Positions 43,577-52,542 of a DNA stretch of 64,000 nt are shown in pieces (positions within the stretch are counted from its first letter, which is position 1; every line of letters starts with the position of its first letter). The stretch is taken from the IMG/VR virus record IMGVR_UViG_3300028415_000003, positions 6,814-70,813 of that record; one strand, given 5' to 3'. The notes below the pieces were generated by a model. The model had not been told where the DNA came from. It ran no database searches and saw only the letters and a list, made by a program, of their open reading frames with translations. This stretch comes from a virus. A program made the position numbers and the translations under genes.

Positions 43577-44346
43577 AATAATGCTTTTTTTTCGTTAATA
43601 AATAATCGTCCTTTTTCAGTCCATACGGTTTGCATCCTGGTTCTTTCATTCCCTTCGGTATCTGTAAAAACAAACGTTTTAGTTTTTGTCAGACTCTTAT
43701 TTTGATACTTGTGGTACAGTAACCAAGTTTTGTTTTGTTTGTATTGAACGCCTAATTTGTTAAGTTTTTTGTTAAGTGTAACAGCACTCATCCCTAACTC
43801 CTTTGCAATCTGGTTTGTGTTATAAGTGCTATTACTCTGAAGAACGTTTTCATAATATTTGACTTTTGGAGCAGCTATTTGAAGCTCTTTTTGTTGTAGT
43901 TTGGTTTGAGTTTCAATCTGTTGTTTTTGCTCGTAAACATCAGCCCATGCTCGAGCAGCTTCAACAGGATTTTTAAAATCCGGCAATCCTTGGAAAGTTG
44001 TAGCGCCTGTTGTCATTAACTCTTTGATTCTTTGATTGCACCAAATTGCAAAAGTTGGGGAGAGCCAACGTGCAAATTCTAAAGCTACGTCTTCATGAAA
44101 CCAAGTTCCGCCACCATTTTCAGGGCCTCCCATCACTGTCCTAACTAACTGGTTATCAGGTGTGTCCGGAAATCGGATACTACTCAAACTCTCTAAGAAT
44201 GAGGTAGTTGAGGATAATTCTAACCATTTACTTGGACGCTTACCAAAAATTTCTGCCATTTGCGTAGCGTTTACCATTGTGTCACCATTCCCTAATTGGA
44301 AGGTAATTTCATTTTCATTGTATTCAAATTTTTTAATGTCTTTCAT
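43573..44346 (-). CDS. KilA-N DNA-binding / phage antirepressor (KilAC/ANT) protein
   Basis: VNATQMA, GTWFHEDVALEFARWLSP (KilA-N); PVEAARAWAD, PKVKYYE, IAKELGMSA, TVWTEKGR (ANT/KilAC). Confidence 0.9.
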   Translation of the reverse strand: MKDIKKFEYNENEITFQLGNGDTMVNATQMAEIFGKRPSKWLELSSTTSFLESLSSIRFPDTPDNQLVRTVMGGPENGGGTWFHEDVALEFARWLSPTFAIWCNQRIKELMTTGATTFQGLPDFKNPVEAARAWADVYEQKQQIETQTKLQQKELQIAAPKVKYYENVLQSNSTYNTNQIAKELGMSAVTLNKKLNKLGVQYKQNKTWLLYHKYQNKSLTKTKTFVFTDTEGNERTRMQTVWTEKGRLFINEKKALL

Positions 44347-44568
44347 TTCATTCTATTTAAGTTTTATTTGTTAATTAAAATAAACAAGTGGGCTTTCAGT
44401 AGCGATTTTCTTCCTTCGGATGTGCATCCTTTTCAGAGTCTTTCTACCTACTATATATCTGCACAGATACGCCCACCAGTATATAATTTAGTTAGCAGAA
44501 ATAGGGGTGATGCTCTTTGATTAAACATTCGTGATGAAAAAAATAAAAGAAAAACATCACCTGCATTT

Positions 44569-45150
44569 TTAGTAAATCAAATCAACATCTTTTTCATTTT
44601 CGGAAAAATACTTCTGCAAGTAATCCTTACCATACAAATTCAATGTTTGTGGACTTACTTTAAATTTCCATTTCTTACCGCTTGGTGTCGATTGTGGATA
44701 TTCTTCCCATTTACCACCTATGAAAGTTTTACCATCGCTATATTTACTTTCATTGCTGAATGTAATATGGTTTGGCTTCTTGTAGGTATCAGGCAAATGT
44801 CCTGTTTGTGGGTCAAATTTAAGCTTTCCAGCCTTGATGTCTTTCCAAGCACCTTGTAAGTCGTAAGAACCCATTTCATAAAGAACATTATCTTGTCATT
44901 TATATTTGTCGTTAGCCCATTTGTAGTATTCATCAAATTCAGGCTGTGTTAATCCTGTATTATAATTTGACACATACTTTAATGATGGGTCTTTAGCCCT
45001 TTCATTTCTGATTTTATCAGTCAAAGAAAGTTGTAGAAGTTTAGCAGGTTCTTTTCTCAATTGGGTAGTATATTGTTTACCGTTAAAAGCAAATTGTGCT
45101 AATCCTTGTTTTCTTGCATTCGCAAATGCAATTTCAAATTCTGTTGGCAT
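44569..45150 (-). pseudogene. Phage protein split by a single in-frame TGA (44896-44898)
   Basis: ORFs 44896-45150 and 44569-44874 are in the same frame: ...DKYK*QDNVLYEMGSYDL... Confidence 0.7.
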
Positions 45151-45253
45151 TATTTTTTATTTTTAAATTGTTTAATTAAGTCCCACGCTTCTTTTTTTTT
45201 TATTTTTTCTTTAGTGCTTCGATTGAAGTTAGATGGTGGGAATACCCTACTTC

Positions 45254-45384
45254 TGTTAACAGCACCTAACAAAAAGCGGGGGCGACCTGCCTCGTAGAAA
45301 CATTTGTGGTTTATTAAATTTCATATCTTCGTATTTAATTTTGTAGTTAATTCCCCGCCTTCTGTTAGCCGCAAACCGTTGTAA
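45254..45384 (+). repeat. attC-like recombination site
   Basis: TAAC-AGCAC-CTAACAAAAAGCGGGG (45266-45281) ... CCCCGCCTTCTGTTAG (45353-45368)-CCGCAAACC-GTT (45378); both stem mismatches are G:T pairs on the bottom strand. Confidence 0.72.
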
Positions 45385-45626
45385 AAAACAACCGAAATCA
45401 GATATAATTCGTTTTAATTAATGTGCCCTCGCCTTCTCACCAGTTTCATTTCAGCGTGTAAAGTTTCGTTTAATTTTAGGTTATAAATTGTTTTTTCCAT
45501 TTCGGTATATTTATTAAATACTATTTTGTTATCCATAATTTTAAGTGTTAAATTGTGAATGATTTAAATATTGATCTTTTTTTAATTTACATGATTATTT
45601 TATTTTAAGTTTGTAATTCTAATTCG

Positions 45627-46121
45627 TTAGCTGCAACTACTATCATACCGTTCTAGACTAGCTATTGTGTCGTGAATTGCCCCTCCGTGAGAAAACAATC
45701 CTATTTTTTCAACGTGAAAACCTCTATTTTTGCCCATCGTATTTGAATGATACCCGAATGTAATAACTATTCCCCCTTTATTTAATACATTATGTATTTC
45801 ATCTTTTAGTTGTTTGAATGGACTGCATCGGATACCTTTATACATCTCGATACTTTTCCGGTATGCATAAGGTGGGTCAAGCAATATAGTATCAAACTTT
45901 TCCCTTTTCCAAGTTCTTAACAATTTTAAAGCATCCATTCTATAATCAGCCAATGCTTCTGGGTCTAAATCATTTCTTACTTCATCAATGTTCAGCTTTG
46001 TTCTACCAGCAAAAAGGTTTAAAGTTCTTCCTTCGCAATTAAGCTCAACCCATTCCCTAATGTTTTTTACCGAAAAAGTATATCGGTGCAATGGGCATTT
46101 TATGTAATCAAATTTTATCAT
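45627..46121 (-). CDS. Small DNA adenine methyltransferase-like protein
   Basis: SAM-binding NLFAG and catalytic DPPY; the stop codon lies in an R-box-like GTTAGCTGC. Confidence 0.75.
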   Translation of the reverse strand: MIKFDYIKCPLHRYTFSVKNIREWVELNCEGRTLNLFAGRTKLNIDEVRNDLDPEALADYRMDALKLLRTWKREKFDTILLDPPYAYRKSIEMYKGIRCSPFKQLKDEIHNVLNKGGIVITFGYHSNTMGKNRGFHVEKIGLFSHGGAIHDTIASLERYDSSCS

Positions 46122-46663
46122 TTCATTTTTTTGTTTCCAAATAAATTTTTTGATATTAATTTGTAATAAACATATTTTGCACCGAGGTATTCCGATAATG
46201 TTTTAATGTCTTTTTTGTATACTGGAATCTCGATATATTTCCTTACTTTTTTTATTGAATACCGGACAGAAGTTTCTTTGATCGAAAAAATATCGGCAAT
46301 TTGTTTTCGTGATAATCCATTGTGATAGTAGAGAAAGAATATTACTATTTGTTTAGAATACCCACAAATGCCTTTATTCTTTAATTGGAAAATATTTTCT
46401 CGCTTTATATTAAAATAGTAAACAATAATGTCAATCGTCAGGTCTTTTCCTGATTTTCTGCTGAACTCTTGTAATAGTATTTCCTTTAAATCCGAAGGTG
46501 AGTGGATAGTATGGCCGTTAACAATGTAATTGGATATCATCGTCAATACGTTGTTCACAGGCACTTCATATGCTTTTGAGATAGCGTTAATAATATCATC
46601 CCAATTATTTACAGGAAGTGCTATTATTTTTTCGATAAATTCAATACTTTCTTTCTTTGACAT
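46118..46663 (-). CDS. DnaA C-terminal (domain IV)-like HTH protein
   Basis: 'YFNIKRENI...KQIVIFFL...LSRKQIADIF...TSVRYSIKKV' matches the DnaA_C pattern. Confidence 0.65.
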   Translation of the reverse strand: MSKKESIEFIEKIIALPVNNWDDIINAISKAYEVPVNNVLTMISNYIVNGHTIHSPSDLKEILLQEFSRKSGKDLTIDIIVYYFNIKRENIFQLKNKGICGYSKQIVIFFLYYHNGLSRKQIADIFSIKETSVRYSIKKVRKYIEIPVYKKDIKTLSEYLGAKYVYYKLISKNLFGNKKMK

Positions 46664-47211
46664 AGGTATTCTTTTAGTAGTTTGATTTTAAAATTAATCT
46701 TACGGCGTCTTGTGCCATTGTTCGTCCAGATATATCGTGTCGGAATAAAAGTTTTTTTAAACAATTCAACAGGTTTAATCAATTGGACATAAATATCGTG
46801 TTTATTATATATCCATTTTTGATTAAGCGTAAATGCTCTTGTCATGTTGTGCTGATCAAAGGAAGGTTTAATCTCAATAATACTTCTTGGTTTATCTACA
46901 AATTTAAACGCAGAGTTTGCAAGTATAAATGGAGTATTTTTTTCATTGAACCCTCCAATATAAGAAGTAAATATATCAGCAGCTATTTCATTCCAAACAA
47001 TTGTGAAATCCGGAGTATAAATGTGTTTATGCAGCAGCGTGTGCGATAAAGGTTTTTGTTTTGTCTTAAGCTGTTCAAACATTTTTATTTCTTTTTTATC
47101 GGAAAGAGAAATAACAGGGTGTTGAGGAATAATTTCTTCAACAAACCCTATTTTTTTTAAATCCTCTAAATACCAGTAAAAATATTTTTCTTCGTCGCTA
47201 TCAAATGTCAT
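46624..47211 (-). CDS. PD-(D/E)xK endonuclease (DUF1064/T7 endonuclease I-like resolvase)
   Basis: FDSDEE, YTPDF and IEIK motifs. Confidence 0.72.
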   Translation of the reverse strand: MTFDSDEEKYFYWYLEDLKKIGFVEEIIPQHPVISLSDKKEIKMFEQLKTKQKPLSHTLLHKHIYTPDFTIVWNEIAADIFTSYIGGFNEKNTPFILANSAFKFVDKPRSIIEIKPSFDQHNMTRAFTLNQKWIYNKHDIYVQLIKPVELFKKTFIPTRYIWTNNGTRRRKINFKIKLLKEYLCQRKKVLNLSKK

Positions 47212-47263
47212 GGCTTATGATTCAAGTGTTCTAAGAATACCTTGGAAAGGTATCTGTTTTACT

Positions 47264-47572
47264 TTAAAATAATTTTCCTTGCTCATACACTATTTCTTTT
47301 TCGTTAGTTATATCTTCTCTTCTTGGCTCTCGTTTATTTTTAAAGATAAAACGAATAAAACTTTCATACCCATATTTAGCTTGATAGGCAGCAACCCATT
47401 TGTTTGGATGATTTTGGCTCATGCCTATTACCCGTTGCCACATATGATATTGAAAAATTTTTTTTTTGCCATTAACAAGTACTGTGTATTCAGCATTGGC
47501 GATTGTGTTTCCTTTTACAGAAACAAGCTCAATATTTTGTCCGTCTTCAAGTTTAAATGATGTTATTACCAT
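47264..47572 (-). CDS. Hypothetical protein
   Basis: ORF in operon; ends in QGKLF. Confidence 0.5.
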   Translation of the reverse strand: MVITSFKLEDGQNIELVSVKGNTIANAEYTVLVNGKKKIFQYHMWQRVIGMSQNHPNKWVAAYQAKYGYESFIRFIFKNKREPRREDITNEKEIVYEQGKLF

Positions 47573-47814
47573 AAGATTATCAGATAAATTATAAGGTTCA
47601 ATAATGCAATTACGATGCTTAAAAGCACAAATTGTTTTAGCTTAATAACATGTCTTGCTTTTGATATACGATAAATTATTTTTTCATGTCCATTTATATA
47701 CCTTCCTCGACGATCTCTTTTTGGAACTATTTTAATAGTGAAATCATTATTAAATACAATAGCAAAAACAAAAAAAATAAATATTACAGTCGGTAAAAAA
47801 CTAATTATCTCCAT
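47566..47814 (-). CDS. Small two-TM membrane protein
   Basis: Two hydrophobic segments flanking a basic RDRRGRY loop. Confidence 0.55.
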   Translation of the reverse strand: MEIISFLPTVIFIFFVFAIVFNNDFTIKIVPKRDRRGRYINGHEKIIYRISKARHVIKLKQFVLLSIVIALLNLIIYLIILW

Positions 47815-47831
47815 GATTTTTTCTTATTTCG

Positions 47832-48010
47832 TTAAACAATCATTCGTGATGAAAAAATAAAAAACCCCACCCGCATTTTTAGTAAATCAAATCAACATCT
47901 TTTTCGTTTTCAGAGAAATACTTTTTCAGGTAGTCAGCACCGTATCTATCCAAAACTTGTTTGCTTGGTTTATAAAAAGACCTTTTTGTGTCAGCGTTTT
48001 GCCCCCATTC
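47832..48010 (-). pseudogene. Diverged duplicate of the 3' end and downstream flank of the 44569 gene
   Basis: Encodes ...YGADYLKKYFSENEKDVDLIY* (stop 47879-47881) versus YGKDYLQKYFSENEKDVDLIY*; the flank CATTCGTGATGAAAAAA...GCATTTTTAGTAAATC is also shared. Confidence 0.8.
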
Positions 48011-48383
48011 GCCTTCGCCAAGCCCGAAAACGTTGCCTACAATTAAAGAAAAACGGAATAAACAAAAATCTGTTTTTAGGTGTATCGCTAGTTTTTCTAC
48101 TTCCGTATTTCACTCTCATTTCTAATTCAATCAACTCTTTTGGTTTCGCTAACTCTCTATCAAGCTCACACCTTAATTCAATCATTTTTAATTCAAATTG
48201 TATCATATATGGTGGTTTTTCCCAATAAGGAAGGGATAGGTAGTGCATAGCAAAAGCATCTTCTTTTTCTTGTGCTTTATAGAAAGCATCGCACTGTTTG
48301 GGGTGTACTCTTTTTAATATTCGGTGGCTATTGCCGTTACTATCTACATACTCACCGTAAGATTTCTTATTTTCTCTTTTCAT
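47991..48383 (-). CDS. Hypothetical cassette-borne protein
   Basis: Lies between GTTGCCTACA (48032) and TGTGGGTAAC (48410-48419), complementary at 8/10; reads through the R box because CAA sits where TAA would be. Confidence 0.5.
   Translation of the reverse strand: MKRENKKSYGEYVDSNGNSHRILKRVHPKQCDAFYKAQEKEDAFAMHYLSLPYWEKPPYMIQFELKMIELRCELDRELAKPKELIELEMRVKYGSRKTSDTPKNRFLFIPFFFNCRQRFRAWRRRMGAKR
48009..48041 (+). repeat. 3' arm of an attC-like site
   Basis: CGCCTTCGCCAAGCCCGAAAACGTTGCCTACA parallels CGCCTTCTGTTAGCCGCAAACCGTTG at 45356-45381. Confidence 0.6.
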
Positions 48384-48424
48384 TTTTAATATAAATTATC
48401 GTTAATAACTGTGGGTAACACTGT

Positions 48425-49769
48425 GTGAACTACCCACACACTAAAAAGATGTGTGGGCTTCCTGTACAACGCATAGCCTAATGGCTTACGTTAGCGTACA
48501 AAGGGTTGTCCCTAACCCCGAAATTTTTTATATTATACGCAGCGTTAAGGTCTCTATCTATTGAATTATTACACTTATCACAATTATATGTCCTATCTGA
48601 AAGTTTTAAATCTTTCTTGTGGTTTCCACAATTAGAACATACCTTACTGCTCGGTCCAAATCTACCAATTACAACAAGGTTTTTACCTTGCCAATCAGTC
48701 TTATATTCAAGCATTGTTCTTAATTGTCGCCAACCCATATCAGATATTGCTTTAGCTAAATTATGGTTCTTAACCATATTACTAACAGCTAAATCTTCCA
48801 AAACAATCGTATCATACGTGTTTACTAATTCAGTAGATATTTTATGCAAGTAATCAGTCCTTTGGTTACGGATTTTTTCTTGCAATAATGCTACTTTTAA
48901 TTTTTGTTTTTCTCTATTTATCGAACCCTTTTGTTTTCTTGAAAGGCTTCTTTGTTCAACTCTTAATCTTCTTTGTTGTAATTTAAAGAAGTTTTTGTTT
49001 TCATATACTACGCCATCAGAAGTAATTGCTAAATCTTTAATACCAAAATCAATACCAACAGACGTTTCTGTTTTTATACTTTTTTGTTTTGGTTTTTCAG
49101 TTTGAGTATCAACCAATATTGAAACAAAGTATTTACCAGTTACCGTTTTCGTTAGTGTAACTCTTTTTGGTAAGCCTTTAAATTCTCTATGGTAGCCAAT
49201 AGCAACTTCTTTAAGTTTAGGTAATTTTAAAATATTATCCTTAAATGATATTTCAAATCCTTGTGGAAATGTAATTGACTGTTTAGAGTACTTATTTTTA
49301 AATTTAGGGAATTGACCCCTACCTTTAAAAAAGTTTTGGTATGCAGTATCTAAATTAATTATACTATGTTGTAAAACTTGGCTTGGACACTCTTTAATGT
49401 AATCAAACTCTTTTTTTAATTCTGGCAGTTGTTTAATTAAATCATACTTAGATATTGATGTTTTATTTGAAGCATACGCAACACTCTTAGTTTCTAAACC
49501 AAGGTTATACACCAATCTATTAACTCCAAAGTACCTTTGTAATTGGGCTTTTTGAGTTTCCGTTGGAAATATTCTGTATTTGTATCCTTTTAGCATATAT
49601 TATTAAATAGTCTAAACTTTTGTAAAAGTACAATATTTTTTATCTAAAATCAAGTTCTGGTTAAAATTTGTTTAATTGATACCATTAAACAATACATATT
49701 ATCACAAGGCTAATAGTCGCTTACATCCCATCCACGCTAAAGCGATGAATGGGTTTTACGCTCCAACGT
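48425..49769 (-). mobile_element. Non-autonomous IS200/IS605-family (IS1341-type, tnpB-only) element
   Basis: On the - strand: TTTAT target motif (49774-49770), left end with hairpin CCCATTCA-TCGCTTTAGCG-TGGATGGG, tnpB, right-end hairpin CCCACAC...GTGTGGG ending GGGTAGTTCAC; no tnpA. Confidence 0.88.
48478..49596 (-). CDS. tnpB: RNA-guided endonuclease TnpB
   Basis: N-terminal YKYRIFPT HTH; RuvC GIDFG / LEDL / DRDLNAA all intact; Zn ribbon CSNC...CDKC. Confidence 0.95.
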   Translation of the reverse strand: MLKGYKYRIFPTETQKAQLQRYFGVNRLVYNLGLETKSVAYASNKTSISKYDLIKQLPELKKEFDYIKECPSQVLQHSIINLDTAYQNFFKGRGQFPKFKNKYSKQSITFPQGFEISFKDNILKLPKLKEVAIGYHREFKGLPKRVTLTKTVTGKYFVSILVDTQTEKPKQKSIKTETSVGIDFGIKDLAITSDGVVYENKNFFKLQQRRLRVEQRSLSRKQKGSINREKQKLKVALLQEKIRNQRTDYLHKISTELVNTYDTIVLEDLAVSNMVKNHNLAKAISDMGWRQLRTMLEYKTDWQGKNLVVIGRFGPSSKVCSNCGNHKKDLKLSDRTYNCDKCNNSIDRDLNAAYNIKNFGVRDNPLYANVSH

Positions 49770-49851
49770 ATAAAGTAATGCCGAAATGATTGGTAAATCT
49801 TAATAATTGTATTTGCATGATCTCTCGCTTTAATAATTCAATAACTATAGA

Positions 49852-49859
49852 CAAAAGTA
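49852..49859 (-). promoter_or_regulatory. Bacteroidota sigma-70 type -7 element (TACTTTTG)
   Basis: Matches TAnnTTTG; points into the tnpB/cassette region. Confidence 0.45.
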
Positions 49860-49934
49860 AAAAAAATGATAACATAATCAAAATAATGACAACTAAATAA
49901 ATAAAAAGTAAGTAAAACCGTTGCTATTGATTGG

Positions 49935-49942
49935 TATATTTG
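49935..49942 (+). promoter_or_regulatory. Bacteroidota -7 element (TATATTTG), divergent
   Basis: Matches TAnnTTTG; ~75 nt upstream of a bidirectional terminator. Confidence 0.4.
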
Positions 49943-50015
49943 CCGTGAGTTTATTTTAAAAAAATCATTTGTTTATATTTTTCAATGTCTTACCATCAAT
50001 TCTTGCATACTACTG

Positions 50016-50048
50016 AAAAAAGCCGGATTCGTAGTCCGGCTTTTTTTT
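50016..50048. terminator. Bidirectional Rho-independent terminator
   Basis: A6-GCCGGATT-CGT-AGTCCGGC-T8. Confidence 0.88.
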
Positions 50049-50102
50049 ATGAATGCCCATGCCCTTGGGTCTTGTTAAGGCTTCTGGCACGCCTGATTCG
50101 TA

Positions 50103-51356
50103 TTATGCTTTTGTAGTATTTTCAGCCTTTTTTAAGGCTTTTTCAGATTTTAATTTGAATTTTGTTAGTGGCACTCCGGATATTTGCCCAACATTAGTCA
50201 TAATAATGTCTTTAAACCCTCCTTTTTCTTTCATGATACGGATGGATTCAATCATTCCCATTCGGGTAACATTGTCCATAATATCGAGTACACGGCATAG
50301 TTTTTTAGGGTTGTTAGGATCTTTCCTGAGCCCTCGTCCAACCATTTGATAATACAAAGCAAGTGACATTGTTGCTCTTGCCAGTGTAATTCCGTCAAGT
50401 GAAGGAAAGTCAAATCCAACAGTAAGCACACCCATATTAAACATATGCTTTATCTTTCCTTCCCGGAAAGCGTCAATCTTTTCTGTTCGTATGTTCATAG
50501 GTGTTTTCCCATGGATATAGTCGGCACTCATTCCCATCTCGCGTAGCATTTCAGCACTACGTCTTGCTTGTCTTACTGAACTGCAGAATATAAGGTTGTG
50601 ATTCACTTTCTTATCAAACCAAGCAATATTCGCAGCGAGTTTTTTTAGTCTTGCATCACTCCAAAATCTTTCGAGCTCAGCTTCATCAAAGTCTCCACCT
50701 ATAGTGTTGGTTTTAATTTTGCTTACATCAAAATGATTGCTGATGTGATATTTTATTGGTGACAAATACCCTTGTTTGAAAAGCGTATAATTGTCAATCT
50801 TGAAGGCTATTTTCTTGAAGAAAAACGGATAAATTCTGTTTACCATTTGAAGAGATTGGCTGTAAAATTTATCATCACCTTGGCTAAAATATTTTCCAAC
50901 CATACGGTATGGGGAAGCTGTCAATCCGCAAACATTTTTTGGCTGTATAGCTTCAAAAAATTGATTATACATGCCATTGAAGTTTTTAGGATTCAGCAGG
51001 TGGCATTCGTCAAGAATGATGTACTTGAACCTTTTAAAAAGTTCAGGGTTTTTATAGATACTCCCTATTGTAGCGTACGTGAATGTTGATATTTCCTTTT
51101 GACCAAAGCTGGCTGAATAAATAGAAACATCTAATATTCCATATGACAATAGTTTCTGAAAATTTTGTTCTAATATTTCCTTTGTTGGTTGCAGAATAAG
51201 AACAGGCTCTTTTATTTTTTGGACAATATCCGCTATTATAAGAGACTTTCCGCTACCAGTGGGTAATACTAACATGAAAGGCTTCTCGTAATTCATTAAA
51301 TGATATACAGCAGATTCAGAAGCTTGTTTTTGATATGGTCTTAGTGTAAATTTCAT
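50103..51356 (-). CDS. Superfamily 2 DNA helicase (DEXH; UvsW/YejH-like)
   Basis: LRPYQ, PTGSGKS, DECH, TASP, GFDFP, QMVGRGLR. Confidence 0.92.
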   Translation of the reverse strand: MKFTLRPYQKQASESAVYHLMNYEKPFMLVLPTGSGKSLIIADIVQKIKEPVLILQPTKEILEQNFQKLLSYGILDVSIYSASFGQKEISTFTYATIGSIYKNPELFKRFKYIILDECHLLNPKNFNGMYNQFFEAIQPKNVCGLTASPYRMVGKYFSQGDDKFYSQSLQMVNRIYPFFFKKIAFKIDNYTLFKQGYLSPIKYHISNHFDVSKIKTNTIGGDFDEAELERFWSDARLKKLAANIAWFDKKVNHNLIFCSSVRQARRSAEMLREMGMSADYIHGKTPMNIRTEKIDAFREGKIKHMFNMGVLTVGFDFPSLDGITLARATMSLALYYQMVGRGLRKDPNNPKKLCRVLDIMDNVTRMGMIESIRIMKEKGGFKDIIMTNVGQISGVPLTKFKLKSEKALKKAENTTKA

Positions 51357-51865
51357 ATGAAATGTTTTATCGTTGTAAGTGTTAATAGCCCATAATATTT
51401 AGTGATCAAACTATCAAAATTTTCGTCATTAATATCATGAAGTTCTTCTGTTGATTCATAATTAAAGTATAAGATTAATTTTTTGATATTAATTGATATT
51501 TTGCCCATTAATAACATGTTAAAATCAATAATCTTTACAAGATCAAAAGGCTTATTAAATATCCTTAAAAGATTCTTTATCATTTTGAGTTCATCAGGAT
51601 CGGGTATTACAGCAATTCCAAGAATTGCATCAGCTACCTGTGGATCGTATTGGTTTAAATAGGTTCCTTTAACTATTTCCTTTCCGTATTTGTAAAAGGC
51701 ATCCTTTATTGTTTTAAAGTCGAAATCTAAAGGTTTTGGTAGAAAAATGGGCGTTACTTCAGAATAATTCAAACCCCTGAGAGGAATTTTGTCTTTAATC
51801 CTCTCAAGAGTTGTGAATGAGTTTGCAGAATAGTATTTGTTATTAATTTTGAAAATAGCTCGCAT
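51353..51865 (-). CDS. Hypothetical protein
   Basis: ATGA-coupled to the helicase. Confidence 0.5.
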   Translation of the reverse strand: MRAIFKINNKYYSANSFTTLERIKDKIPLRGLNYSEVTPIFLPKPLDFDFKTIKDAFYKYGKEIVKGTYLNQYDPQVADAILGIAVIPDPDELKMIKNLLRIFNKPFDLVKIIDFNMLLMGKISINIKKLILYFNYESTEELHDINDENFDSLITKYYGLLTLTTIKHFI

Positions 51866-51891
51866 ATGTTCTTTGTCTTTCTTTTGTGAAT

Positions 51892-52542
51892 CTATTCTGA
51901 AGTTTCGTTTAAGATTTCTCTTGATATAAATATTTTTCTTGTTCTAATGCTTATGTAACCATTTTCGGATTTAAACCCAAAAAATATTTTAGATCTTCTC
52001 TCAAGTGCTCTAATAGTGACAGGGGTTTTGTTATCCATTAAAGCTTTAATCTTAGTTACTTCTGAATTTTCTTTTGAGGAGCTTAATAGAAAGAATTTGG
52101 TGATTTCATTATTGTAAAATACTGAAATGTAATCATTATCAAAGATTACTAAGCCATCATGATTTGTTTCGGATGGTTCTTCAGATTCTGAATTATCGTA
52201 CAATTCTAATTTTTCAATTTTTAAAACTGCATCCTGTGAGAATGAGATAAATGGAATTAATAATAGTATAAATATTAGTTTTTTCATTGGTTTAAAGTTT
52301 AAATGATAATATTGTGAATTTTTTTTTAAATCTTTATTATAAGTGTTTATGGCAAGAAACCAATATTTTACTTTGTCATAATCAGTGATTATTCTGTAAT
52401 CTCTATAAAATGACATTACAGATTTTCCGTATTTGAGAATGGAATCAATTGGTGAATCCACAAATGCTGAATAAACTAAAATTTCACATTGATCAAATAC
52501 TCTTTTTGACAGTTTAAAATATTTTTTTGCTGCTTTTTTCAT
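51892..52542 (-). CDS. Hypothetical protein with an internal signal-peptide-like segment
   Basis: The track's GTG start lies inside a mini-IS, so the ATG at 52542 is preferred; internal MKKLIFILLLIPFISFSQ starts at 52287. Confidence 0.5.
   Translation of the reverse strand: MKKAAKKYFKLSKRVFDQCEILVYSAFVDSPIDSILKYGKSVMSFYRDYRIITDYDKVKYWFLAINTYNKDLKKNSQYYHLNFKPMKKLIFILLLIPFISFSQDAVLKIEKLELYDNSESEEPSETNHDGLVIFDNDYISVFYNNEITKFFLLSSSKENSEVTKIKALMDNKTPVTIRALERRSKIFFGFKSENGYISIRTRKIFISREILNETSE

Larger units (their letters stand above)
44491..45384 (+). mobile_element. Integron-type gene cassette (R' ... inverted ORF ... attC)
   Basis: Left end GTTAGCAGAAATAGGG (44491-44506) is complementary at 14/16 to CCCTACTTCTGTTAAC (45245-45260), which opens a full attC-like hairpin. 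Confidence 0.7.

Noticed and set aside
45414-45536. 40-codon - strand ORF (MDNKIVF...) next to the attC
   Set aside because: Too short, with no recognisable motif; may be a decayed cassette but cannot be supported.
44521-47960. Diversity-generating retroelement TR/VR pair for the duplicated 3' gene end
   Set aside because: Differences are not adenine-specific and there is no reverse transcriptase in the window.
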